Shown here in pieces: positions 40,389 through 53,572 of a stretch of 64,000 nucleotides of DNA (the first letter of the stretch is position 1; every line of letters starts with the position of its first letter). Position numbers and translations under genes: made by a program. The DNA is from Priapulus caudatus. Taxonomy: Eukaryota. The stretch covers positions 682,666 to 746,665 of the forward strand of contig NW_014577073.1 of the NCBI RefSeq assembly GCF_000485595.1. The letters are read 5' to 3'. The notes under the pieces were generated by a model. That model was given only the letters and a program-made list of their open reading frames with translations, was not told where the DNA came from and did no database searches.

Positions 40389-41699
40389 NNNNNNNNNNNN
40401 NNNNNNNNNNNNNGGAAACTGCCTATAGTTCGTAGAGCTACATCAGCTAGGGGATTCGCCTGCCCTGCTATGCACCTCCTCGCTAACATCAACCAAGCTC
40501 GCCACGGCGCCTTCCCCTGTGGCCGCCCAGAATTACTCACTTTACGTCTACGCTACCTACCACGTTCACATGATCCCTCGATTTATTCACTCCAAACAGG
40601 AATACTATTATTCAATCCATTGACAAAGGGGCCGGCGGGGGGCAATATGCGCGTGGGTACGTATTCACCGAGTGCCGGCCGGGTGATGACACTCCAACAA
40701 GATCCCGCCGCCCCACCCCGGCGGCCACATTGGGCCGGCTGTACACTTTCCAACTGCCCATTAGTGGGTAGGAAACCCACGGGCAGGGGCCGGATGACCA
40801 CTTCCAGACCGGCGTGTCCCCGAGTTAACCCTCTAACCCAACAGCGCACATAGTGACAGCAGTGTGGGCAATTGCGTCCTCCACTCTACACAATACCTGA
40901 GCGGAATCACCCCGGCGGGACCCAAACCCCCCTCATTGCCACATGGCCGCCATCTCTTACAAACGCCCGAAATCCCTTATATTCAATTGCCGATTACGAG
41001 AACGGCACGACCATGCCTTACCATTCCAATCGCTATAATCACAAACGTAAATGCTTACATTCATGCTATTACTAAACAAACGAGAATTATTGGGACATCC
41101 CTTCTCTGCAGCCGAGCAACTCTCCTTCTTGGACCTGTTGCCCGCCTATCGTCGATCAGAGCGAGGCCAGACGCCGAGTCGGTGATAATGAATTGCTCAT
41201 ATTAACCGAATCGCGCCATTTCGCCCACACCTGCCTTGCTTGTCTCTGGTCGCGCGCTCGTCCAGCCTCGCTGGATCCACTAATAGATCGTCACCTTCAA
41301 GCGACACAATGATTGCCAGCCGACGAACCGCATGCGGGCACCGCGCCACCGCCACCGCCGACCAGACAACCCTGGCAACCGAATACAGAGCCCGGATGGC
41401 TAGACAGAAAAGCGATTGCCGATGAGGCGCCCGCCGATGCAGAGAATCGATCGAGCCGAGAGTGAGAGAGGTAGTGATGAGAGCGAACGCGCGTCGAGCG
41501 AGAAAGAGAGAATCAGCAGAACGAGAGAGACGGGAGTACGATGAGACTCGAGAGAGAGAGCCGGCCGAGCCCATGAGAGCAGTAAAGACAACGGAGACAT
41601 GCCGGAGGTCAATACTAGAGACGGAGGAGACAAGGAGGGGAGCAGAAGGGCCGCTCGGAGCGAGATGAGACTAGCTTGTCTGCGGAGAGAGTTCGACGA

Positions 41700-44045
41700 C
41701 GAGAGAGTCCCGTAGCCGGAGAGATCGAGAGAGAGAGCAGTGGCATGTGATTCCGGGTTGGAGATAAGAGATGCAGATGAAACGAGCAGATTATGATATT
41801 GTGGATTCTGTGAGAGAGAGTGTGAGAGAGGGGTGTTCGTGTGTGAGAGCGTAGAGAGAGCGAAAAGAGCTTGGGACCGATGAGCCGGAGCACGGAGGAT
41901 GCGAGGAAGAGAGCGCGTAAGAGAGAGAGAGAGAGAGGACGTCAGGAGAGAGAGATCGAGAGAGAGAGAGGAACGGAGAGGAGAGAGATCGAGCGCAGAA
42001 AAGACGCGGCGCACGAGAGAGAGACCCTGGGAGGAGTGAGAAGAGAGAGAGAGAGAGAGAGACGAGAGTGGAGAGAGAGAGGAGAGAGAGAAAGGAGAGA
42101 GAGAGAGAGAGAGAGAGAGGAGCAGAGACGAGACGCAGAGAGATAGAGATGAGAGAGCGGCAGAGGAGGAGAGAGACTCCAGCGCGCCTATCCATCGGGC
42201 CTGCCGGCTCGCAGCGGGTGATTATGACCACGCGCCCCGCAACGCACTGCGCGCGGCTCGATCACCACGCACGCCCCACGCAACACACACACACGCTCGC
42301 CCGCCCGCACCACACACATATACACCGGCAGCGGCGACACACACACCACATACCACGCACACACACACACGACACACACACACCACACACACACACACAC
42401 ACACCGACGGTTGCTAGCGGATCGATGAGCAGCGCACTGGAATGTAGTGCCAGCAGCCAGTAGTAGCAGCAGAGCAGTTAGCCAGCCCAGTAGCAGCAGT
42501 CACAAGTCAGCTAGCAGTAGTAGCAGCAGCCAGTAGCAGCCAGTACGCCAGCAGCAGCCAGCAGCAGCAGCAGCAGTAAGCAGTAGCAGCAGTCAGCAGC
42601 GTTAGGCAGCGAGTAAGCCAGCAGCAGCAGGCAGCAGCAAGCAGGCCCAGTAGCAGTAGTAGCGCCAGAGTAGCCAGTAGCAGGTGAAGTAGCAGTAGCA
42701 GTAGCGCAAGTAGTAGCAGTAGTAAGCCAGTAGCAGCCAGCTAGTACGCAGCACATCCAAGCAGTCAGCCAGCCAGCGCAGCAGTAGAAGTAAGTAGCCA
42801 GCCCAGTAAGTAGCAGTATAGCAGTAGCAGGCAGTCAGCAGTTAGCAGTAGTAGCAGCAGTAGCAGCAGTAGCAGCGGCGCAGCAGCAGCGTAGCAGTAG
42901 CAGTAGCCAGTAGCCAGCTAGGTAGCAGCCCAGTAGCAGCATAGTAAGTAGCAGTAGCAGTACGAAGTAGCAGTAAGCAGTATAGCGGTACGCCAGTAGT
43001 AGCAGAGTAGCAGTTAGCAGCCAGTACAGTGCCACGTCAGCAGCCAGTAGCAGCAGCAGCCATAGAAGTTAGTAGCATTCAGTAGTAGCAGAGTCAGGTA
43101 GCCAGTAGTAGTTTAGTAGCCAGTAAGTAGCAGTAGCAGCAGTGAGGAGTAGTAGCTCAGCATAGCCAGTAGTTAGCAGTAGCCAGCAGTAGCAGTAGTA
43201 GTAGTAGTAGCCAGTAAGCAGCAGTAGCAGCAGTAGTACGTAGTCAGTAGCAGTAGTCAGCCAAGTAGCACCAGTAGCAGTAGCGAGTAGCAGCCAGCAG
43301 TAGCTAGTAGCCAGTAGCCAGCCAGTGACAAGCTAGGTAGGACGTCAGTAGCAGTAGTAGCAGTAGCAGCAGCTAGCCCAGAGCAGCAGTAGCAGTAAAG
43401 CAGTTCATTAGTAGTAGCAGTAGTAGCCAGTAGCATAGTAGCAGTAGCAGCCGTAGCAGCAGTGAGTAGTTAGTAGCGTAGTACCAGTAGCCATTTCGCA
43501 GCAGTACGTAGTAGTAGCAGTATGAGCAGTAGCCAGCAGCAGCAGGTAGTAGTAGTAGCAGCCCAGCAGTAGTTAGTTGTTAGCAGTAGAAGTAGTACGC
43601 TGCCTGGATTCCCGAGCCCGCGTGGTGGAATGCAAAGGATGGGTGCTGTGTGTCGTGTGTGCGCTTTGTGCCGTGTGTGCTGTGTGTGCAGCTTGCGTGC
43701 GTGCGTAGCGTGCGTCGCAGTGCGTGCGTCGCGATGTTAGTGTAGTGTGATGTGTTGCTGTTGTGTGCGGTCGCCTGCGGTGCGTGGCGTGCGTGAAACC
43801 GTGCGTTGCCTGCGTGGTGCGTGGCTGTGCGTGCGTGCGTGCGTGCGGTGCGTTGCGTGCCGTGCCGCTGTAGTGTAGTGTGGGTGTGTGTGTGTGTGTG
43901 TGTGTGTGCTGTGTAGGTTAGTGTAGTGCTCCGTTGTTGTTGTCGTGTGTGTGCTGTGTGTGGACCTGTGTCGTGGTGTTGTGTGTGTGCGTTGTGACCG
44001 CTCTGTGCTGTGTGTTTGTGTGTGTGTGCTAGTGTAGTGTAATGC
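41700..44045. repeat. Noisy microsatellite block: (AG)n, (CA)n, (TAG/CAG)n at 42440-43590, then (GT/GCGT)n
   Basis: Read directly. Confidence 0.85.
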
Positions 44046-47000
44046 GGCGTCGGTCGCCGGCTAAGCCAGATGAGGAGAGTGCGGGGCAACAGCGACATAT
44101 GACCCGGGACGATGTGCGTGCGGAGGACCTGACCTATTCCCCCGTCTCTGTAGAGTGGCGTGCTGTGCTCGTTGGCGGTTATGTACGTGCGCCGCGCTGC
44201 ATGGTGTGTGGGGTGTGTTGTGCGTCGCATGCAGTGCATTGCGTCCCATAAGTGCCTGCCTCGGCTAGCCTGCCTACTCCTGTTAGCTTAGCAGCATACA
44301 TTAGGTACAACGTAGCAGATTAAAATACTTAGAATCTGGAGACTCCTATATTATGTACTCTCTTTTACATGATTTTTTTTTATTGTCTACGATACGGTCC
44401 ACCACTAAAGCTCGTCCAGATAATAGTCAACAACCGAATATAGGCCATTACATTGGTACAATATGAAAACACATGCATTAGATTTGGCACCCGACGAGCT
44501 TCCTTCAACTACCAGAAGTGATTTTTTGCCATAATGTTTTTTGGCGGAGGGCATAATCTACACTCGCATAACGATGCAACAACAGAATTAGGCGATATAT
44601 ACGGCAACAGGATTACTGGGTACTCTGATAATTTAGCTCTACTCCCCCGATCGCACGCCACACACACTCATCTTACCTGGTTAAGCCTCACGACAAGCCC
44701 AATCTTATATGCCCCACTGAATTATAGCGTCTCGAATTAATTCTCTCTCACTTGCGAATTTCCACTGTAGACACTTGTCCCGACAACGTTATCAAGCAGC
44801 TGGCCCCGTGCGTGTGCGTGTCAAGGGGTCGTGCATTGATACTCGGGCTTATCAGTGCGACTTACATTAATATTGCGCGTCACCGCACGTGTCACAGACA
44901 ATTTAGCTCTTGACAGCACAAGATGATTTCGTAGTTGCAAGCTTTATATTACTGCTGCTCTTACTACATCGCTCTATTCGAGCATGTTCTCGTCCCGCTT
45001 TACAAGCTGCGCTGCAACCGCCGCCTCTATATTTAACTCGACCGTGTGTAAATTCGCGGCCAACTTTTTTTCGCGTTTTTGTTTTGCGTGTAAGATCGTT
45101 TACTCCTTGCTCGTTCACCGTTTACCGCGCTCTACAATTGCCAAGAAATGCAGCCTGCCAATTTTGGGGCGGCGACCATTTCATGCCGTAATTTACGAGC
45201 TGAATCGCGTGGAATAAGTTTCATTTGTTATCCTCGTTACGATCTTGCGTTTCATTTATCTTTCCCTCACATTAGCAATTGTGGAGATTGCCGTTGCGCA
45301 TGGCGATCGGCTGAACTCTCACTTCCTTTAGGTGAGCAAATTAAACGCTGCAGCCGCCAGCCTGTCACGTGGGTCGTTCTGCGGCGAGCCAATGGAATTT
45401 AATTGATTTCTCCGCCTATTGTCTGCTCGTTCGTTCGCCGCGATACTGTCTTCTGTTCTGCAGCGTGCTAATTGTGCTTTTTCTTACAAATATCGCGACG
45501 TAAACCCTTCAGATCATCGCCACCGACAAAACTAACAAACCGGTATATCGCCGTCCGCTGAAATAAATACGACAACGAATTTCTTTCATGCTCTCTTCGC
45601 TGTTCGTATTCTGCACACTCGCTGCGCCGCGTGTTCTTCCCTGTGGTCCCGCGGTAAAAATCTATCGCAAAGGAAAATGCCCGCGCCCCACAATAATCTA
45701 ACGCCCTCTGGTCGCCTAAGAACTTTGAATTCGGTTGCCTCTGTCTTATTTATCATTATTCTGTTACAACCGCACGGCATCTCACCCTCCCCCCTCGAAT
45801 ACGTTTTCGTCCATTATCCACCCACGTCTTACCCAAGTCCATTTCCACCTCTAGCCTTTTTGACGCTCCCTCTTTCTATTCTATCTCTGCCAACCCATCG
45901 CTACCGTACTTATCGCTAATCACCTTCTAGACGTCTTCCTCTATGACCGCCGCTAGCCTCCCAGAAGAATGGCAGCATACCACATTGGTGTTTCTTGTCA
46001 CAAGAGGCTGTTGTCAATAACAAGTGCACCAACAGACACCCGTTCAGCCAGATTTCTACACTAAACTCGTTCACGCTGTATCCACTACGCAACATAGGTA
46101 GGTGACCCGGTCGCCCGCGGTCAACCCGTCGCGTAACTATACAACATCTTGTCCGTCAGCTCATGGCTATCTAGTCTGGCGCTGCCAGCAGTGTACCGCG
46201 CGCCACTGCATCTACTATTATAACTAATTTAGTTAGATTAATAGAGTTCAGTGGCTGCCCGCCATGCTTCGCATGCTGTCAATTATCGTCTCTGGGAACA
46301 TCACCGGTGCGGTGGCCGCCCGTAGATCCGTAGAAGTCAGAGGCCGCTCATAGTAGAGACATCTCCTTATATACCGGTAACCCGACCAGGCCGTGTGACG
46401 CTGACGTCAATATACCATGGTACATAGTGGTATTCATAACTCCGGATGCTCAATCTGCCTGTGTTCCTTTTCTTGCGCGAGCTATAATATTACGGCTGCT
46501 GCCGTAAGTCACCCACGACTAACCAGTATAAATTCCTGTCTCTAGCTCCCGCGAAAGTCTGGGTCGAGTTCGGAAGATTTGGGCTCTGATACAGATTTTT
46601 CGCGGAAAACTAAAGTTCATCGTATGGCCCTCTTTTCAACCACGTATATGAAGTGCGACAAATATAATTTCAGCAAGGCGATTTTAGCAGATGAATCATA
46701 TGCCATGCACACGAAATGCTTCCGACCCTGGTAGTTAATCTACTGCCATTGGGTATCGACATTGTTTAACATGACTAGCTTTTAATGAGACGTCTATAGG
46801 CGGTCTTTATAAGGCCTACCGTGCATTAAAATTTCAAACCGACCCGGCTATAGTATTTTTTGTTTACACATCATACACTGCTTCCCTAGCGCAGCGGGTC
46901 CTTGGCCGCAAAGGTGCCGATAGGATATGTGGTTATGTAGCCGCATCTTTACTAATTTTAACAGTAATATTTTACGATATTACTTAGAAGAATGATGCAA

Positions 47001-49373
47001 AAACCTAAAAGTGCTCCCTCAGTCTCTAACCCTGACCCTAAGCCGTGGACCCTCAATAATTTTAAAATGATAAGTTAACTAATTAAGAAGTGGCCGGCCC
47101 TAGTTAAACCTACGTCCGTATCCGCACCTTTCAGCCGGCTGCACTTCCCTTAGCAGAAGGCGGACACGACAGAAGCAGGCGTGGCGATTGATGATATGAC
47201 TGACTAGAGCACTTCTTAATTAGATTTTTGTTTTTTAAGTCTGAGGGTCTTAGGCGTTACGGGTTAGGTGTTTTTTTTATAGGGTGCTTAGTAGTCATAT
47301 CCTACTCTGGAGTGGCTCCCTTAGTAACTATATCTAACTATTGCCGCACCTAGTCTCGCGGTGCTGCGGTCCTTACGCGCGACACTACGTCGCAGCCACC
47401 AATGGCCCAAAGAAGAAGTGGTAAATAATTGGTCAAACGGTGTTGCAGGATTCTGGATTGCCGTTAATCATAGCAGTCAACCTTTTTAGCCTGTGGCATC
47501 GACCTAGTAAAGTTTGTAAATGCTTCTGATGCATCGGCGAGGGAGGGTCTTCTAGTCCGGCGAACGATGACGGCGGGGCCGCGCGACCCCAGAGCGGGCG
47601 CCATCCGGCCTGTTATCATTATATTTTCACTGATATGGGCATGCGCAAACTAAGCTCTCTAGACGGTGATTGAACGAATGGGTTGAAGGGTATATCTGAT
47701 TAACATTGGAAAATTGACTGGGAAAATGCGGGTTAGCCGCCTAGCTGGCCGTCAGCAGCCGTGCGCAGCCGGGGCCAGCGAGGTTGGAGCAGCGCGGTTG
47801 CGCAATGACCCAGTAGCAGATGGTAAACATACGATCGATCACACATAGCGATCCGTATATGTTTGATCAACCATATCAGAGCATATCGAACATGATTTGA
47901 TACCTACAACTTTAAGAGCTCGCTGATAGTAAAACGTAACCCCACACTACAGGACTAATCATAGACTATATACCCGACAACCAGCGACTATTCTCCGCTT
48001 TAACCCAATATATAAGGTTTTTTCTCCTTATCTCGTCGTTGACCTATATAATCGGAATAAATAGGCCAGATTCTTAGTACTAGGAACCGCTAGTAGGGGC
48101 GGCCACGTAAGTTGTGAATAACCAGCCGTGCGGCGATCGGTTTGTTGCGACTATTTTACTCAACATATCACGAACAAATCGAAACATCTCTAGGTACTAG
48201 GACGCCGAGTTACCAATGTTGGGGCCAGCATATACATTAGGGTGAGCACAGGCTTTGGTTACTGTATGTCAGTGAGTTAGCTATGGTGGAGCACGCACGT
48301 TGCAATGCGCAAGCAAGAAAATCCTACCCTTCATGCAGCTATCGAGACAGTTGTTTGGCATAGACGTAGTGCCATCTAAGAGGAATTCGTGTAGAGGGTC
48401 ATTCGGTCAAGCATAGACCATGTTAAATCATTAAAAAGAGACCTGCGTCATCAGAAAATTGCTGCTCGGTGGAGACACTTGTCAAGGTGTGCGCTTTAGG
48501 ATTTCTAACTTGTTAGACTTACTTTACTCTGGGATCCTTCAATGTTTAGAAAATGGTAATACTTTTCCTTGTTCCTAATTACAGTAAATAAGCAAGTACA
48601 GTACGTACAGTATAAAAGCAGAGTTCATGAAATACACGCAAGTGATTTACGTTTAGGCCATGCGCCTTGGTGTTGGCGAATATATTATACCTGACTATGC
48701 ATGGCAAGTTTGAATTAATTTTTCTGAAAAATGTTTGTTTGCTAACAAAAGTTTATGATATTTGGCTAGACTTAGTCATCAGTTTCAATAACTACATCAG
48801 TTGATCTGTTTCTATGCACGTTTTACCCTGTCTCCTTAGTCTTTATATTTCGCATAAAAAGCATAGACTACCTCAGTGTGATCCCCTTGTCGTGCTGTGA
48901 AAATTGATCAACATAATTAACTATATTAACTTTGCAAAATCCAAAATATTAATATTCTCTCGTTTGAATTAACAGCGTAAGAGTGAGTCTTGATACATTT
49001 GTGGTTGTGCTAGCGAGTCGAGAACGTACGCCTCCACACACTTTACTTGATATCATTGTATTTATAAAGATTAAAAAAAATAAATATCTTTCTTTTATTA
49101 AACTCTTTCTTAAAACAAGATTATATTTGGGTGCGCGGGCGGCAGGAGTACGTGCGGGGGAGTGGCGAGGACGCAAAAAATAGGGCAAAAAATAGGGGGG
49201 CCGGGGGCGGGTGTGTCGGGTAGAGAGGGGGCGGGGGGACCGCGGGGCGCACGGCCGTGAGGCAGGCGGATAAGGGGGCTCGGATGGGCGCTGATGGGGA
49301 GGATATGAGGGCCGCCGAGTTAACAGTACAATAATACTCTGTGATTAGAATATATGAAAATATGCGCGGCGCC

Positions 49374-50308
49374 AGAAACACTGCGGAGACAAAGAACAAG
49401 AGGAGAGAAGAAGAGAAGAGAAAGAGAGACAAGGAGATAACGAGAAAAGGAGAAACACCTGCGTATTTACACAAAGAGAGAGAGAGGAGAGAGAGAAGAG
49501 AGAGAGAGAGAAAGAGAGAAGAGAGAGAGAGAGATGAAGAGAGAGAGGGAGCCGCGGAGCCAGGGTACTTCAGCTAGGCTTCAGCGTACGGTTGACGCCG
49601 CGACTTCAATCTCGCCGCCTCCTGATACCGTGGCGTAAGTTACTTTCCGCTTCGCCTTCAACTGTAACCCAATTAGCGTTCAACTTCATTACGAGAAATG
49701 CCCGAAAATCGGTCATATAGGCGTACGAACTGATATAGCAAGGTAGCTAAGTTATAAATATCCTATAAGATACTGAGTGGCCACGCGACGACGCCAACTC
49801 GCAAGCGTAAAGTTTATGTCTCGCATGCAACGCACGCACGCACGCACGCCCGCACGCACGCACGCACGCACCGACGCACGCACATGTACGCAACACATCT
49901 CTACGCACGCGCGGCGTGCACACACGTCACATCCAATATGCATCATATCTCGCGGCGTCTGCATGGGCGCACGCAGCACGGACGAAGCCGTGACGGACGC
50001 ACGCACGCACACTAGCGTCACATTTCTACTCACGCATGGGTCCACGTTACGCCTACACGTCCACGCGCAAACTATCTTGCGCGCGTCCGTGCATTGCGCG
50101 TATGCTATGTGCTACTTAATTGAAGTAAATTAGAAGGTACTGCGAGGCGCCGCCACCTTGGTGATTTGATATTCGCGGGCGAAGATGTCGCCACGCAGCC
50201 GCATAAGTAAGCGCGCTTAAATTCAAACAACCTCATGCTGCTATCGAAGTTTATACAGTGTTTATTATTCATGACGGTGATGGTGTGTGTGTGTGTGTGT
50301 GTCGTGTC

Positions 50309-50360
<52 letters not shown>

Positions 50361-52215
50361 TGCGTGCGTGTGTGTGTGTGTGTGTGCGTGTGCACGTGCG
50401 TGTGCGTGTACGTGCGGGTGTACGCGCGCGTGTACGTGTGCGTGTGTCCGCGCGTGCGCGTGCGCGTGCGCGTGCACGTGCGTGTGCGTGTACGTGCGTG
50501 TGTACGTGCGTGTGTGTGCGTGCGTGTGTGATGCGATCGGCGATCAGCATCATCGTCGTCATCGTCGTTGTCGTCATCGCCGTCGTGATTATCGTTGTCG
50601 TCGTCATCGTCATCAACCTTGTTGTCGTCGTCGTGACTATGACACTGATTGCCAAGCAGCTTGCGACTATGATGAACCTGTCCCCACGGCAAAATTACAG
50701 CCTGGCAGCGATGTGAAATTAGTGCCCGTGTAGCGGCTTATGCTGGCGCTTGCCACTGCTATAATTGATCAAAGGCAGAGCGATGTGTTCGAGCTATTTT
50801 TACACACGGCGATCTCGCTCGCATCGAATGCGCCCAGAAAGGCAGCGCAAGATGAAGCGAGCGAGGTAGGAAGAAGAAGTATAGAGTAGAGGTAGGATGG
50901 ATGAAGAAGGAGAGGAACATGCAAAGAGCGAAAGACGGCGAGAGGGAGCGAAAGTGAGAGATAGAGCGAGAGAACAAAAGAGAGAGGTGTGGGGAAGAGA
51001 GACAAAGTTATGGAGAGAGGGGAGAAAGAGAGATAGATAATAATCGAGAAGAACAGAGAACAAAATGTAGATGGACCACTATTGTTGTCGTTGTTTCTTT
51101 TGCTGCTGCTGCTGCTGCAGATGATGATGATGTTACTGCTGGTGCTGCTGCAGCTGCTGCTGCTGCTACTACTACTACTACTACTATTACTACCAGGAGT
51201 AAGATAATATAGGATATTATATAATATAGGATAATATAGTATATGTGTGTATATATATAGTGTGTTTATATGTGTGTATATATATACGTGTATATATATA
51301 TAGGATAATATATATATAGTGTGTATGATATAATATAGGATATAATATAGGATCCTATATTATCTTGCTTCCCTGCCGCCAAACAGTGGCAATATCTTGT
51401 CAACAGACAAGAACCATGTCCTCACAGGCCCAGCCACTGTTTGCACGCTCAGGCAACCTGCGCCACCAGCCTAGTAACTACGCATGACCATGTGTGACGT
51501 TTCAAAGCTATATCTCCATAAAAAGAAGAGGTATGGAAACTAAAGTAAAAGTTGGGTGTGAGGTTGGATGTCAAACGCTAATTTAGAATTTAATTTTTAA
51601 TCGATTTGCATCGTAATATATCATCGGTAAAATTTAGCAAGCAAATGTTGAATTTCCGGTGTTTTGGAGTGTCATATACTCCTCCTATATTGTCTTACTC
51701 CTGCTGCTACTACTACTACTACTAACTATTACTACTACTACTAACTACTACTACTAACTAACTACTACTACTACACGCTGCTACCTGGCTATCTGCTACT
51801 TGCTACTACTACTGCTACTGTCTTACTGCTAACTGGCTAGCTGCTACTCTAAACTGCTACTGCTAACTGCTGCTACTACTATACTACTACTTACTACTAC
51901 TATTACTACATACTACTACTATTGACTGCTACTACGTACACTGCTGCTACTGCTACTGCTACTACTGAACTACTGCTACGTACTGCGTACTGCTCACTTC
52001 TACTGCTACTGCTATGGCTGACTGCTACGCTACTCGCTACTGCTACTCTACTGCTACCTGCTACTGCTACCTGCTACTGCTACTGCTACTGCTACTGCTA
52101 CTGCTACTGTCACTGGCTACTTGCTAGCTGCTACTGCTACTGCTACTGCTACTGCTACTACTACTACTTCTACTACTACTACTACTACTACTGCCACTAC
52201 TACTACTACTGCCAA

Positions 52216-52246
<31 letters not shown>

Positions 52247-53447
52247 ACTGCTGCTGCTGCTGCTGCTGGTGATGCTGCTGTTGATGCTACTCGTCAGGTT
52301 TCATGGTCAAATACACCAAGTTATTTACTGCTTTGCTGCCGCACATGCTTTAGTTGGCTTCAGTGCATAATTTTACCTGCTAACTGTTCCATGCTCTTCG
52401 ATTGTAAATTCCCGCCACCGCGTTTTCCTCTCCGCTGCTACCCGTAAACACGTCCGAATAACACTGCGTCAAGCAGAGTCATGATTGACAGTCGGAATCT
52501 ATCTCATAATGTCACGCCTCGCCCTCGCTCGCATGCCACGCACGATTATGAGCCGGGTAGATAAATCGCCTTATCATTACGTCAAGCACGATGAATAGCT
52601 TTTCATTTTAACATACCCATTTTGCTGCTCAACTGGAAATTGCGCCGAATTAAGCGCGCTTATTTATATAAATGTTTTCTACGCGAAACAGGTAACATCG
52701 TAGGGTTCGCGATTAGGCGCAAGAAGGGGTTAATGTAGCGTACGCTCGGCGTGGATTTACTGCTGCCTGCATGCGCGGAGCTGCGCGAGTCACGGAGGCA
52801 TGCTTGTGTACACGCTTAATTACGTGCAGTTTTGGTTTTGATGCAGGTAAATGCAATCTTGCAACGCTTGAACTATCTACGCGCGGATAACTAGGAATTC
52901 AATTGGTGCGTTGCGTGCGCTTAGCTTTGCGGGAATCGTAATGGCTCTTGGCGTAGTCAGGCTGGCTTACGTTGGCGGAGATAGAACACAGGCAAAGCAA
53001 TTTTGCTCTACGGGAGCTATTCTACTTAACACGCTACACGACAGCCGTAGGCCCTGCCACTCACACGACATCTGCGTCACTATAGAGATAGTGTGGACGG
53101 CGTTATGTGTGTGACGGATGACACTCTCGCTAACATAGACGACACTGTTGTTGATGTTGATAACGTTGTCGCTGGCGCCCGTGCCGCTATTTCTGTCGTC
53201 ACTGATGCGATCGTCGATATAAACGCTGTCATTGTTGTCACATGTAACGCCATCGCTGCTATAAATGACATTATTGTTGCTATTCATGACGTTGATGCTG
53301 ATGTAGATAACGTGGTTGTTGATATACATCCGATTATCATAGATAGAGATGATGTTATCGCTGGTATAGATGATGTCATTACTGATATGGATGACGTTAT
53401 CGTCGCTATAGATAACGCGGTTGCTGATATAAATGTCGTTATCGCCG
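49374..53447 (+). repeat. Copy 2 of the ~4.2-kb direct duplication; contains (AG)n, (GCAC)n, (TG)n, (GTC/ATC)n, (TA)n and (CTA/CTG)n tracts
   Basis: Colinear with 36158-40388. Confidence 0.9.
51194..51703. mobile_element. ~510-bp MITE-like element with 20-bp TIRs starting CAGGAG, sitting inside a (CTA)n tract; noisy duplicate at about 38015-38562
   Basis: caggagtaagataatatagg (51194-51213) / cctatattgtcttactcctg (51684-51703), 1 mismatch; extra internal inverted copy at about 51352-51375; TSD not exact. Confidence 0.65.
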
Positions 53448-53572
53448 ATAGTGATGACGTTATCGCTGATAGTGATGACGTCACTTCTGTTATAGATGAT
53501 GTCCCCACTAATATCAGGAGTGTATCAAAACTTTCAAAAATCAAGTATTTTGATACACTCCTGCTAATATAG
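53093..53572 (+). other. 21-bp degenerate tandem repeat forming an open frame of 19 acidic/aliphatic heptads (DDVIAxI-like); coding status uncertain
   Basis: ORF track translation shows an uninterrupted 7-residue period. Confidence 0.5.
53515..53563. mobile_element. 49-bp palindromic mini-MITE with 16-bp perfect TIRs and a 7-bp TSD (CTAATAT)
   Basis: caggagtgtatcaaaa (53515-53530) / ttttgatacactcctg (53548-53563); CTAATAT at 53508-53514 and 53564-53570. Confidence 0.8.
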
